Assembly (NCBI GenBank): GCA_964615185.1
Contig: CAZTOS010000027.1
Span: forward strand, 4,896 to 26,964
Source: an uncultured Thermococci archaeon
GTDB taxonomy: Archaea; Methanobacteriota_B; Thermococci; Thermococcales; Thermococcaceae
Direction of reading: 5' to 3'
DNA: 22,069 bases
Shown here: positions 8,155 through 18,092 of the stretch, one piece after another
Layout: each line of letters opens with the position of its first letter
How positions within the stretch are numbered: the stretch's first letter is position 1
The notes under the pieces: model-generated
The model's database searches: none
What the model was told of the DNA's origin: nothing
The model's input: the letters and a program-made list of their open reading frames with translations, nothing else
Program-made: the position numbers and the translations under genes

Positions 8155-11100
8155 TGTGATCCCTCCTGATATAGAACTCTTAGATAATATCCAACTCCAG
8201 TATACGGTCCAGTTCTGGGTATATAATCAAAAGGCAACCTCTCATCTCTTGTATTATTGAAATCCAGATCAAGTTCTAAGCCCGCATTGATATTTTGTAC
8301 CCCATTGAAGGACACAAGATAGTCTTTTGAGAGGATGTCAAATACCATTTCCCATGCTGAAGTATGTGTCACCCCCTGGCTGTTTATTTGGAATTTAATC
8401 TCCCAGTGTGCCGTTGTAAAGTTTTCCCATGAGTTTACATCCCACCCATAGTCGGTGTATATTTGGATTAGCGTGTTCTGCAGTTCATACAATTGTTGAT
8501 TGAACCATTGGTAATTGTGGGGAATACTTAATTCACTGAATTTTTCTGCTTTGTTCATGATAGTAGGCAACTGTATAAAGTTGATGTCCCTCTTGGAGAG
8601 CTCTGCTGTCATGTTATCATAACTAATACACTCCCATTCACGAGATTCTATGATATACCTGCATGTATGGGTTATGTACTCATCCCCTATACCAAAAACA
8701 AAGTGTCCGAGCTCGTGGGCTATTCCCCGATAGTACTCGTCTGGGGTTTTATCTCCGAACTCCCTGAAGAGCAGGACATATCCACCCTCCTTGCCTGGAA
8801 GGTTCTTCACCCACTTCCAGTACCAGAAACCGTGGTAAGTTAACAGAGTATCATTAGACTCGGGTTTAACTCTCACCATATAGCTCTCCCACTCTTCACT
8901 GCCTACCTGCACGTTGTTCTTTATGCTGATCTCCGTTATCATCGCATACCCATCCGTGTAATCGTAAACCACCTGACTCGCCCTCTGGAAGCCCTTAATG
9001 AGCTGAGTAAGGTAAGTCTGGTTGGCATTAAATCCGACGGCAACCGTCAGTTTTATTCCGAGAACATCTGGCTTTGCAGGATCCTTCCCAATAAACAGCT
9101 CTACACTGTTTGGAACTCCATCACCGTCGTAATCTCCGTACATGTCATTCTCCTTTGGATTGAACCTTTCACTGTAGCCTCTCTCCTCAAGCTCTTTGTT
9201 AAGCTCTAACTCTTTGTAGAATGGTATTCCATCCCCATCAGCATCGTTCAGCTTGATGAGGAACATATCTCGGCGTCATCTTCATCACTATCTTCTGAGG
9301 TCGCTAGGGCATCAAAGGTTAACGCAGTAGGAGTGCTTTCAGTTTCACTGTCGCTTAAAGCTTGGATTTCTCGCTCCTTTGCATCCTCATTCTGTTCCTT
9401 GAAGACAAAGACTGCTTCATATCTTACACGTTTTCTTGCTGTTGCATTTTGTTTAACTGTAATATTTCCATTACTCGCTTCACTATCCGTGGACAGTACT
9501 TTAACATCTTCACTTGGAAGGTTCTGCACCTGAACTTTAGCGTTTCTCTTGTTGATTACTAAGACCTTCCTCTCAGTTCCGTTTGGCAAAGCTAGGGTGA
9601 ATAAAACTGCCTCTTCAGGCTTGGAATACTGATAGAGCTTCCCTTTTTGATAATCTTTGACCTCTACACTCTCAATTCCATCCCATCCCCTAGCATCTGT
9701 GATGTTAACAATGCTTAAATCATAACCCATGGCTTCAAGCTCATCGTAGTACTTGACGAATGGTTCAATGTCAGTGCTTGAGTCTAAATCACCACAGGAA
9801 CCATCACCGCAACCGCTCAGATGACCATAGCCAAAGTAGACTCTGTGATCATTTGGATAATCATGGAAGCCCCACGTACCACTCTTTACAGAGAACATAA
9901 CTTTAGCCATCTTGTCTTCCTCATCTGTCCCGCTTTCTGGAGATATATCGAGCATATCCCAAGACGACAGAGTATCTCTGTCAAAGAGCTTGAAGTAAAT
10001 CCATATAAACTCAAAGTACTCTGGGATATCAACTGTAAACTTGGCTATCTGCTGAAGCTCCATATTTACAAGCGTGTCGTTAGTTAGTATTATTGATTTC
10101 TCAGCATCATCCTGATTATCTGATATTGTAAAACTCTGCCATACAATGTTACCATGTCCGAGATTAGCTTCAATCTCCAAGGTCATGTCAGCTTTCTGAT
10201 AATCAGCGGAAAGCCATTCATCAACTGGATCGAGAACTCTTGCACGAAAGACATACACCGTTAATGTTAAGTTCCTTGTTAGTGGGTCCACATCTTTTGA
10301 ATCTTTTATACCATCCCCATCAGTGTCCCATTTATATGGGTCTGTCTTGTACTTTTCTATTTCTTCAATATCACACCAGCCATCAAAGTCAGTGTCCAGT
10401 TTAACAAGAACAGTCCTCTCTTCGGGTGTCCCAACGTTACCCCTCTCATCCACTGGGACAAACATAAATCTAAGCTCCTCGGTACAGTTGTTTATCACTG
10501 GATAATAATAGTAGCTTGCAGTTTCTTCAGAGGCAATTGGACCTATTGTGAACTTATACTCATCATTAACGTAGACTCTGACATATACCTCATCACTCTC
10601 CTCGTCGTACACCGTTACTGTCCCATCAAATCTATACCCGGAATATGCTTCTTCAGGAATTGTTATGTTAGTTATTTTTGGAGGTAAGTTAGGTTTCACG
10701 TAGATTGTCTTCTTCCATGTATCTCTGAGTTCACTATCTTCCCAGAGCTCAATAGTGACATTGTGAGTTCCAGGTGTAGGATCCTTCCAAATTAGATAGA
10801 ATTGATAACTTTGCTCAGGCAATACATATCCCGAAAAGCTCCATTTTTGTTCATTATCAACTAACAGCTTTAGGGTAACATCCACTTTTTCAGAGGCAGG
10901 ATTATTGACTAAAACATCAAATTTAATATCCCTACCTTCAATAACTGGGGAAGGATAATTTACACTGGTTATGCTCACAGTGGGTACAGAAATCCAAGTA
11001 ATTTCCGTTGACTCTTTCCCTCCTGAATAAGAAGGAATAAACTTTGCAACTACAACATGGGTGCCAGGCTCTGCAGTCCATGCATCATAGAAGCGGAAAT

Positions 11101-12103
11101 ACTTGATTGAGTATTTTTCCACATAAACACTCTCACTTTTGAGTATCTCTCCATCTATAACAAGCTGAAGGGTTCCAGCGCCTCCCAATGCTCCTCTGTT
11201 ATCAAGCTTTATTGTGAAATCTACTGGAGTTCCGGGAGAAGGTTTGCTTGGATAGTAATAGATATCCTCTACAGTTATCTCAGGAGAAGATGAATAATGG
11301 TATGTGCTAATAACGTTTCCCAGTGAATCAACTAAATACACAGTGTCTCCATCATTATTAAGGATAGCATCCTCCGGGCTTGAAGCAACTTTTACAATAT
11401 ATGTTCCAAATGGGGCAATTGTGCCATAAACCCTGATTATGTGTTCTCTACCATAATATTCACATGAGTCTTTTGGTGTTCCATCATAGTTCCAACATTC
11501 GTTATTATTGTAGGCAAAGCTATCCATTATGTACCAACCTGGAATATTCGCTGAGGAACTACTTGGATTGTAAAGGATTACATACTCGCCATTTCCATCA
11601 TTTGTTAGATAATCGATGTCCTTTATCACAACGCTGTAAGGTATTGATAAAGGAACAACTTGTAAATCCTTAGAAAGTTCTTTAATCTCGGAATCTGTAA
11701 TATTGCCGTCTGTTTTTAACCTTTCTATAGTATGAAGAGCTTTTTCTGGATTTTTCCATTCATAATACCTGATTTTTATCGGGTTAGTGTTATTAAGATA
11801 CCACAACTCAAACTTTAAGCCCTCACTAGTCCTTGTAATGTTTGTAATTTTCATGTTTTCTGAAACTACTATTGTTCCATTAATCATTTCCTTAATCATC
11901 AGTTCAAGTGCACTGAGAAGAACTTCTCTGTCTTCATATGTCAAGTTTTCTAATAACTCTAAGAGAGGAGCAAAAAAGGGATTTACTGTTTCGTCTCCTT
12001 GTACTTCGCTCTGATCTTTCTCCTGTTGTATATCCGCCTGTGACAATGTGGAAGATATTAGTAAAACTAAGAGCAGCATTACTATAATAGATTTTCTCCT
12101 CAT
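8151..12103 (-). pseudogene. Large secreted multidomain zinc metalloprotease (lamin-tail + CARDB/Ig + Ca-binding repeats + CLCA-like HExxH domain), split by a 1-nt frameshift at ~9264 into ORFs 9248-12103 and 8151-9266
   Basis: GGAGGTG SD before ATG 12103 and a signal peptide. LTD motifs GEYVILYNPS..GWYI..LNNDGDTVYL; CARDB-like repeats; DTDFDG/DTDGDG/DADGDG/DYDGDG on both sides of the break; IAHELGHFVFGIGDEY. Adding one base in GAG ATA TG^TTC CTC joins the frames (G gives EIWFLIKLND). Confidence 0.8.
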
Positions 12104-12275
12104 GTACACACCTCCAACTTAAGTTTATATAAACTATCTTGAATAGTTAGTTTTTAAAATTTATAATTTTTATTCTGCCATTATAAGTGGTACATAAAGG
12201 AACAAGAATAGAAAAATTAGGGCAAACTAATAGTTTCTAGGATATTTTTATAGTTTATGTTATGCAAAGTTAGAT

Positions 12276-13325
12276 TTAAATCAACTCTCTCTCCATCTTT
12301 GTGAGCCTCTTAGCTCCATCTTTCGTTATAACAACTGTATCCTCAATCCTGACGCCACCAAGCTTTGGAATGTAAATTCCTGGCTCAATCGTTATGACAA
12401 TTCCTTCCCTGAGGACAGTCTCATCGTACTGGCTTATTCTCGGAGGCTCATGAATTTCCAACCCAACCCCGTGACCGAGGCTGTGGATGAAGTAATCTCC
12501 ATAGCCATATTCCGCTATGATGTCCCTTGCTATGCTGTCGAGTTCTTTCGCAGTCATTCCTGGCTTAGCTTTTTCAACAGCTGTCTTTTGAGCCTCAAGA
12601 ACTATCTCATAAATCTCCTTCTGCTTCTCATTGGGTTTTCCAATAACTATGGTTCTTGTTATGTCAGAATTGTAGTGCCTGTAAAGTGCTCCTAAATCTA
12701 TGACAACTAAATCTCCTCTCTCAATCCTCTTATCGCTTGCAACTCCATGGGGGAGAGCTGACCTGTGACCGCTGGCAATGATTGTATCAAAGGCTGGCTT
12801 TTCAGCACCGTTCATCTTCATAACATACTCAACCTTTGCTGCTATTTCCCTTTCTCTCTTCCCTTCACTGATTTCTTCAATAGCCGCCATAACAGCCATG
12901 TCAGCCAATTCACACGCACTTTTGATTATCTCGATTTCTTCTTTGGTTTTTACGATTCTAAGGTCTTTTATAACATCATCAATACTCCTAAATTCCTTTA
13001 TCTCAGCTTTTTCTTTAAGTGCATTCATGAAGGAAAAGCTTGTTGAACCTTCAATTCCCAAAACACTATAAGGTTTGAGCTTTTCATAAAGTTCTGGCAG
13101 TTTCTTGAACTTTTCAACTGGTAGTTCAGTTTCTTCCCTTGTTGCCTCATATTCAAGTTCAGGAACGTAAATTATAGCCCCATCGGGAGTAACAACTAAA
13201 TATCCCCCAGCTAACGGAGAAGCTCCAGAAAAGTAGAACAGGTTTTCACGTTTAGAGATGAGCGCTGCATCAATTGAGTTCTCGTTTATAAACTTTTGAA
13301 GCTTCTTTATTCTTTCCATTTTCAT
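12276..13325 (-). CDS. pepQ: Xaa-Pro dipeptidase/aminopeptidase (M24B)
   Basis: IDLGA, YNSDITRT, HSLGHGVGLEIHE, TIEPGIY and GVRIEDT metal-binding motifs. Start at ATG 13325 after GGTGGTGA. Confidence 0.92.
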   Translation of the reverse strand: MKMERIKKLQKFINENSIDAALISKRENLFYFSGASPLAGGYLVVTPDGAIIYVPELEYEATREETELPVEKFKKLPELYEKLKPYSVLGIEGSTSFSFMNALKEKAEIKEFRSIDDVIKDLRIVKTKEEIEIIKSACELADMAVMAAIEEISEGKREREIAAKVEYVMKMNGAEKPAFDTIIASGHRSALPHGVASDKRIERGDLVVIDLGALYRHYNSDITRTIVIGKPNEKQKEIYEIVLEAQKTAVEKAKPGMTAKELDSIARDIIAEYGYGDYFIHSLGHGVGLEIHEPPRISQYDETVLREGIVITIEPGIYIPKLGGVRIEDTVVITKDGAKRLTKMERELI

Positions 13326-13443
13326 GATCACCACCAAAGCTGAATAGCTGAGGGAGGATAAAACTGTTTCTATTACCTGGTGCATTTTCATCAAGATCAA
13401 TAAATTTAAAAGCTCTCTTCAATAGGCATTAACGGTGAGAGCG

Positions 13444-13701
13444 ATGAAGGGGATAGTGTTAAGCTACATGAGGAGTAAGGAAAATCAGCACAACCACCAC
13501 ATGATTATCAAGCCTCTTGGAATTGAGAGCAGAGAAGAGGCAGCAAAGCTCATAGGAAAGAAAGTCATTTGGAAGAGCCCGAGCGGAAAAATCATTGCTG
13601 GCAAAATTATCAAGCCACATGGAGTTAGGGGCGAAGTTAAAGTAAGGTTTGAAAAAGGTTTACCCGGACAAGCTCTTGGGGATTACATCGAAATTCTCTG
13701 A
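13444..13701 (+). CDS. rpl35ae: 50S ribosomal protein L35Ae
   Basis: [43 protein letters not shown]. Start is ATG 13444 or GTG 13435. Confidence 0.95.
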   Translation: MKGIVLSYMRSKENQHNHHMIIKPLGIESREEAAKLIGKKVIWKSPSGKIIAGKIIKPHGVRGEVKVRFEKGLPGQALGDYIEIL

Positions 13702-13749
13702 TTTCTTTTCTTCCTAACCTAAGCTTTTTGTAAATAAATTGGTGGTACC

Positions 13750-14889
13750 ATGGAGCTGATAGAAATAAGTGAAGGAAAAGCAAGGGTTCTTGTTCCAAAA
13801 GCTGAACGTATTTATGATGCTCCAGTTTTTTACAACCCCATGATGGCTCTGAATAGGGATTTGAGCATCCTTCTCCTTAAGGTTGTTAAAGCGAAGAGAG
13901 TTTTAGATGCTCTAAGTGCTACAGGGATCAGGGGAATTAGGTATGCTTTAGAGACACCAGCAACTGAAGTTTGGATGAACGACATAAATCCAGATGCCTT
14001 TGAGCTGATAATTAAAAATCTGAGGCTCAACTTCTCCGGTAAAATTGAGATACATGAGAAGAAAGCAATTTTAAAAGGGAACAAGGTTTTAGTTGCAACA
14101 AACTTAGATGTCAACAGATTAATGAATGAGCAGTTTAGGTATTTTGACTTCATTGATTTAGACCCCTTTGGTTCTCCAATGGAGTTCTTAGACTCTGCCT
14201 TGAGGAGTGTAAAGCGAAAAGGAGTTTTGGCAATCACTGCAACAGATACAGCACCCCTCTGCGGAGCTCATCCAAGGGCATGTCTAAGAAAATACAACAC
14301 AGTGCCAATAAGGGGCGAGCTCTGCCATGAAGCTGGGCTGAGGATTTTAATAGGAACCGTTGCGAGATATGTTGCAAAGTATGATATGGGCTTTGAAGTT
14401 CTTTTTGCGTATTACAAAGACCATTACTTTAGGGCCTTCTTAAGGTTTAAAGGTGGAGCAAAGAAAGGAAATGAAACTTTAGAAAAGCTCGGTTATCTGT
14501 ATTTTGATGAAAATAACGGAAAGTTTGAGATTGAGAGAAGCTTTTTACCGAGTAAACCTAAAGCTTATGGACCTTTGTGGCTTGGGGAGCTTAAGAATCA
14601 AGAAATTGTTGAAGAGATGCATAAGCTATTGGAGAAAGAAGAGATTGCAGAGAAAAAGAAAGTGCTGAAGTTTTTAGGAATAATCAAAGAGGAGCTTGAC
14701 GTTCCATTTTTCTACGACACTCATGCATTAGCGAGGAGAAACAATCTTGAGGTTAGGAAAATTGCCAAAATCATCGAGATTCTTGAAAAAGAGGGCTACA
14801 AAGCAACGAGAACTCACTTCTCACCAACGGCTCTAAAGACAAATGCTCCTTTTGAGGAAGTGCTTGAGGCTTTAGAATCATTACAGTAA
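13750..14889 (+). CDS. trm1: tRNA (guanine26-N2)-dimethyltransferase
   Basis: [42 protein letters not shown] and RTHF motifs. Confidence 0.96.
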   Translation: MELIEISEGKARVLVPKAERIYDAPVFYNPMMALNRDLSILLLKVVKAKRVLDALSATGIRGIRYALETPATEVWMNDINPDAFELIIKNLRLNFSGKIEIHEKKAILKGNKVLVATNLDVNRLMNEQFRYFDFIDLDPFGSPMEFLDSALRSVKRKGVLAITATDTAPLCGAHPRACLRKYNTVPIRGELCHEAGLRILIGTVARYVAKYDMGFEVLFAYYKDHYFRAFLRFKGGAKKGNETLEKLGYLYFDENNGKFEIERSFLPSKPKAYGPLWLGELKNQEIVEEMHKLLEKEEIAEKKKVLKFLGIIKEELDVPFFYDTHALARRNNLEVRKIAKIIEILEKEGYKATRTHFSPTALKTNAPFEEVLEALESLQ

Positions 14890-14931
14890 CCTTAATTAAA
14901 CCCTTTTGTTCAGCTTTTTAAGGGATGAAAG

Positions 14932-16026
14932 ATGAATGAGATGGTAAAGTCTGCTCTTCAATTCTACAGAGATGAATATTCAGACTCAGTTCTTTATGCT
15001 CAGCTTGCTAAGATTGAGAAAGACGAGGCTTTAAAGAATGAATTTCTAAGGCTTTCAAACATTGAGGCAAAGCATGCAAAGTTCTGGCACGATTTCTTGG
15101 CAAGGAGAGGCGTTAAAATATCTAAAGCAAAGGTTAGCAAGTTCTCGCTCTACAGCACAAGACTCCTAAGGAAAATTTTAGGGCCTGGTGCTGTTGCTTC
15201 GCTCCTTGAGATGGGAGAAAACAGTGCAATCCAAAAGTACTTCAAATTCCTCACAACATATCAAGAGAAGCTCGATGAGGAAGAGAGAAGAGAGTTAAGT
15301 GAAGTCATCTTAGACGAGCTTGAACATGAGAAGTTCTTCTACGAGAGCAAGCAGAGGTTCCATGTTGAAAACATCCGAGATTTGGTTCTCGGTATGAATG
15401 ATGGATTAGTTGAGATTCTTGGTGCAGTCACTGGATTGTCAGCGGTTTACGTTTACAACCCAAAGCTTGTCGGAATTAGCGGTCTCATCGTTGGAGTTGC
15501 CGGGGCTTTATCAATGGCAATTGGGACTTTCATATCAGTCCGCTCTCAGAGACAAGTAAACGAGAGCATTAGACAAAGAATGGAAGTCCTGTTCAGGGTT
15601 TCCCCGGATAGAGCGAAAGATGAACTTTTAGACAAGCTCCTAGAAAGCGGAATGCCTGAGGAAGTTGCAAAAGAGGTTGCTGAGAAGCTTTCCTCAAATC
15701 ACGATGCAATAATTAAGTTGCTCGTTCAAGAAGAGGACGAGAATGAGGTGAGGGCAGCACTATACACCGGAATTTCCTACCTCATTGGTGTAGCATTTCC
15801 AGTTACACCTTATTTCTTTGCGTCTTCATCTCTAATTGCCCTGCCTTTCTCGGTGCTACTGGCTGGAACAGCACTGGGGGTAGTTGCGACTTTTATATCG
15901 GTACTCTCAGGAATCTCAATAAAGAAGAAAGTCACGGAGATGGTCACCACAGGATTAGGAGCCGCATTTGTTAGCTATCTCTTCGGAAGACTTATGGAGG
16001 CTCTATTCCACGTTTCAACACTCTAA
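14932..16026 (+). CDS. Rubrerythrin/ferritin-like + VIT1/CCC1 iron/manganese transporter fusion
   Basis: N-terminal ExxH pairs (EAKHA, DELEHE); C-terminal RDLVLGMNDGLVE and AGALSMAIG VIT1 motifs with TM helices. Confidence 0.88.
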   Translation: MNEMVKSALQFYRDEYSDSVLYAQLAKIEKDEALKNEFLRLSNIEAKHAKFWHDFLARRGVKISKAKVSKFSLYSTRLLRKILGPGAVASLLEMGENSAIQKYFKFLTTYQEKLDEEERRELSEVILDELEHEKFFYESKQRFHVENIRDLVLGMNDGLVEILGAVTGLSAVYVYNPKLVGISGLIVGVAGALSMAIGTFISVRSQRQVNESIRQRMEVLFRVSPDRAKDELLDKLLESGMPEEVAKEVAEKLSSNHDAIIKLLVQEEDENEVRAALYTGISYLIGVAFPVTPYFFASSSLIALPFSVLLAGTALGVVATFISVLSGISIKKKVTEMVTTGLGAAFVSYLFGRLMEALFHVSTL

Positions 16027-16430
16027 AGGTAGAACACCACAATGCCAAGCTTTTCTGCAACTTTTCCCTGTTTTTCATCGCTGGTTGCTAACTTTCCATA
16101 TTTGAGAGCCTGAGCGATGTAAAGAGAATCATAAACGGTAACGTTATTCTCAAGGGCAATTTCTTCCGCCTTAGGCAAGTATTCAATCGGATTCTCATAT
16201 ATGATTATGCCTTTAGTTGAGTGAAGATAACCAAGCAATTTCTCTGCCGTTTTGAGAGGAATATCTTGGTGAAGAACACAGCGCTTCCAAATCGCATTTG
16301 CGCCTTCAATCAATGCCATTTCTAAGGAAACCAACTGATTCTGACGGAGGAACTTCGAAACGTCACGCCAGCCCTCTTCGCGAAGGAGGTATTTGATTAA
16401 AGACGAGGTGTCAATTACTATCACGGGCAT
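16023..16430 (-). CDS. vapC: PIN-domain VapC toxin
   Basis: VIDTSSL, IEGANAIWK, TVYDSLYIAQA and LATSD motifs. Confidence 0.9.
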   Translation of the reverse strand: MPVIVIDTSSLIKYLLREEGWRDVSKFLRQNQLVSLEMALIEGANAIWKRCVLHQDIPLKTAEKLLGYLHSTKGIIIYENPIEYLPKAEEIALENNVTVYDSLYIAQALKYGKLATSDEKQGKVAEKLGIVVFYL

Positions 16431-16635
16431 CCCTCACAAGCTTCACTGCTTGTCCCTTTTTCATGGGAGGAACTTCCTTTTCGAGAAAAGCATCTATCTC
16501 ATCAAGCAACTTTCTTTTTTCCTGCTCCCGTATTTTCATCTCAATAAACCTCCGTATCTCTTCGCTCCAGTTTATATTAACCTCCTTCATTTTCGCTTTA
16601 AGCTCATCGGGGATACGAATGCTGACAACAGCCAT
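16411..16635 (-). CDS. vapB: VapB-type (RHH) antitoxin
   Basis: MAVVSIRIPDELKAKMKEVNINWSEEIRRFI. ATG 16635 follows GGTGA; the gene overlaps vapC. Confidence 0.85.
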   Translation of the reverse strand: MAVVSIRIPDELKAKMKEVNINWSEEIRRFIEMKIREQEKRKLLDEIDAFLEKEVPPMKKGQAVKLVRDARDSN

Positions 16636-16644
16636 AACATCACC

Positions 16645-16674
16645 GTATATATAGGCGTCATACATACTTATAAA
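16645..16674 (-). promoter_or_regulatory. vapBC TATA box plus imperfect palindrome (candidate operator)
   Basis: TTTATAA at 16674-16668, followed directly by GTATGTAT-n7-ATATATAC (7/8 inverted match). Confidence 0.5.
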
Positions 16675-16681
16675 CATTGTG

Positions 16682-18046
16682 TCATACTTTTATGTACTTC
16701 CACTTCCCCCTCTTAAACACCCACCAGAAAAAGCCAGCGGTTGTGAATGTCTCAAGGCTCATTGCAATCCAAGCGGCAATAACTCCAAGCCCCTCAAAGC
16801 GGAATGAACCTATTGCAAATCCAAATCCCAAAAGATAGGCTGGGAGAATTCTAAAGAGCAATTTGCTAACAGCTGTTATATACATCGGACTTTTTGTATC
16901 TCCTGCACCTCTTAAAGCTCCGCTGAGAACAAAAAGCCAGCCTAATGGAATTTCACTTATACCCACAATCATGAGATAGATTGCAGCCAAGTGAATAACT
17001 TGCCAATAATTGGGGTCGCTTTTTGTTATGAAAGGTATGACAAGGTATTTTGGAAAAGCAATCAAAACCACAGCCATGACGCTCATGAAAGCCGTTACCA
17101 TTTTCAGTGATTCATATACAACCTTCTCAGCTTTTTCTGGGTTTCCTTCACCTAAGCTCTGTCCAACCAAAGCTGATGTGGCAACATTAAAGCCAAAAGC
17201 TGGCATATAGGCTATGCTTTCAACCCTTAAGCCAACCTGATGAGCAGCTAAAGCTACTGTACCAAATCTTGTAACGATGCTTATGTAAATGAAGTTGTAA
17301 ACGCTGAAGATTATTCTCTCAATCGTTGCTGGAATTCCAATTCTGAGGATTCTTTTAACCAGTGAAATATCAAATCTAAAGCTGGGTTTAAACTTCAAAA
17401 CAAGCTTGTCACTTAAGAAGAGGAACATGCCAATAATAAACGCCGCTACAATTGAAAGTCCAGAAGCTAATGCAGCTCCCTTGACTTCTAATCTTGGAAA
17501 ACCAAATTTTCCAAAAATTAAGAGATAGTTTAAAATAACATTCAGCACATTCATCAAAAGGCTTAACTTCATTGGCGTTTTTGTGTCACCAGCACCTCTT
17601 AAAGCTGAAAAAGCCGCAAAACCCATGAAGTTAATGGGATAAAATAAGAAGTATACCCTGATGTATTCGTAGCCCAGTCTAATTACGTCCTCACCAGCAC
17701 CCATTACTCTAAGTGCATCATCCCCAAAGAATAAGCCAATTAACATAACAGGTATCCCAACAAGAAAGGCAAGATAAATCCCCTGCTCCAAAGTTTGATT
17801 TGCCATTTCGTAATCTTTAGCACCAACAAAACGAGCAACCAATGCTAAAACTCCAGTTGAGACTGCAAACATTATTGGCATCATGAACCATGAAAGCTGA
17901 GCTCCTAATCCCACGCTGGCAATCGCGAGAGCACCAAGCTGTCCGACCATTATCATGTCAACTAAGTTAACAAGGGTTTGAGAGATGTTTGCCAATATTG
18001 CCGGCCATGCAAGCTCCCATAACTTCTTCCTTAATTCGCCATCCAT
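16682..18046 (-). CDS. MATE family efflux transporter
   Basis: LAWPAIL..VDMIMVGQLG, two LRGAGDT repeats and ~12 TM segments. Start ATG 18046 (alternative GTG 18055). Confidence 0.93.
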   Translation of the reverse strand: MDGELRKKLWELAWPAILANISQTLVNLVDMIMVGQLGALAIASVGLGAQLSWFMMPIMFAVSTGVLALVARFVGAKDYEMANQTLEQGIYLAFLVGIPVMLIGLFFGDDALRVMGAGEDVIRLGYEYIRVYFLFYPINFMGFAAFSALRGAGDTKTPMKLSLLMNVLNVILNYLLIFGKFGFPRLEVKGAALASGLSIVAAFIIGMFLFLSDKLVLKFKPSFRFDISLVKRILRIGIPATIERIIFSVYNFIYISIVTRFGTVALAAHQVGLRVESIAYMPAFGFNVATSALVGQSLGEGNPEKAEKVVYESLKMVTAFMSVMAVVLIAFPKYLVIPFITKSDPNYWQVIHLAAIYLMIVGISEIPLGWLFVLSGALRGAGDTKSPMYITAVSKLLFRILPAYLLGFGFAIGSFRFEGLGVIAAWIAMSLETFTTAGFFWWVFKRGKWKYIKV

Positions 18047-18092
18047 AGTAATCACTTAGATGAATGTCTAAGCGATAAAAGAGAAATAGAAG

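Noticed and set aside
13326..13400. 25-aa N-terminal extension of the prolidase in the ORF track
   Set aside because: A strong SD precedes ATG 13325; the extension lies in the divergent promoter region.
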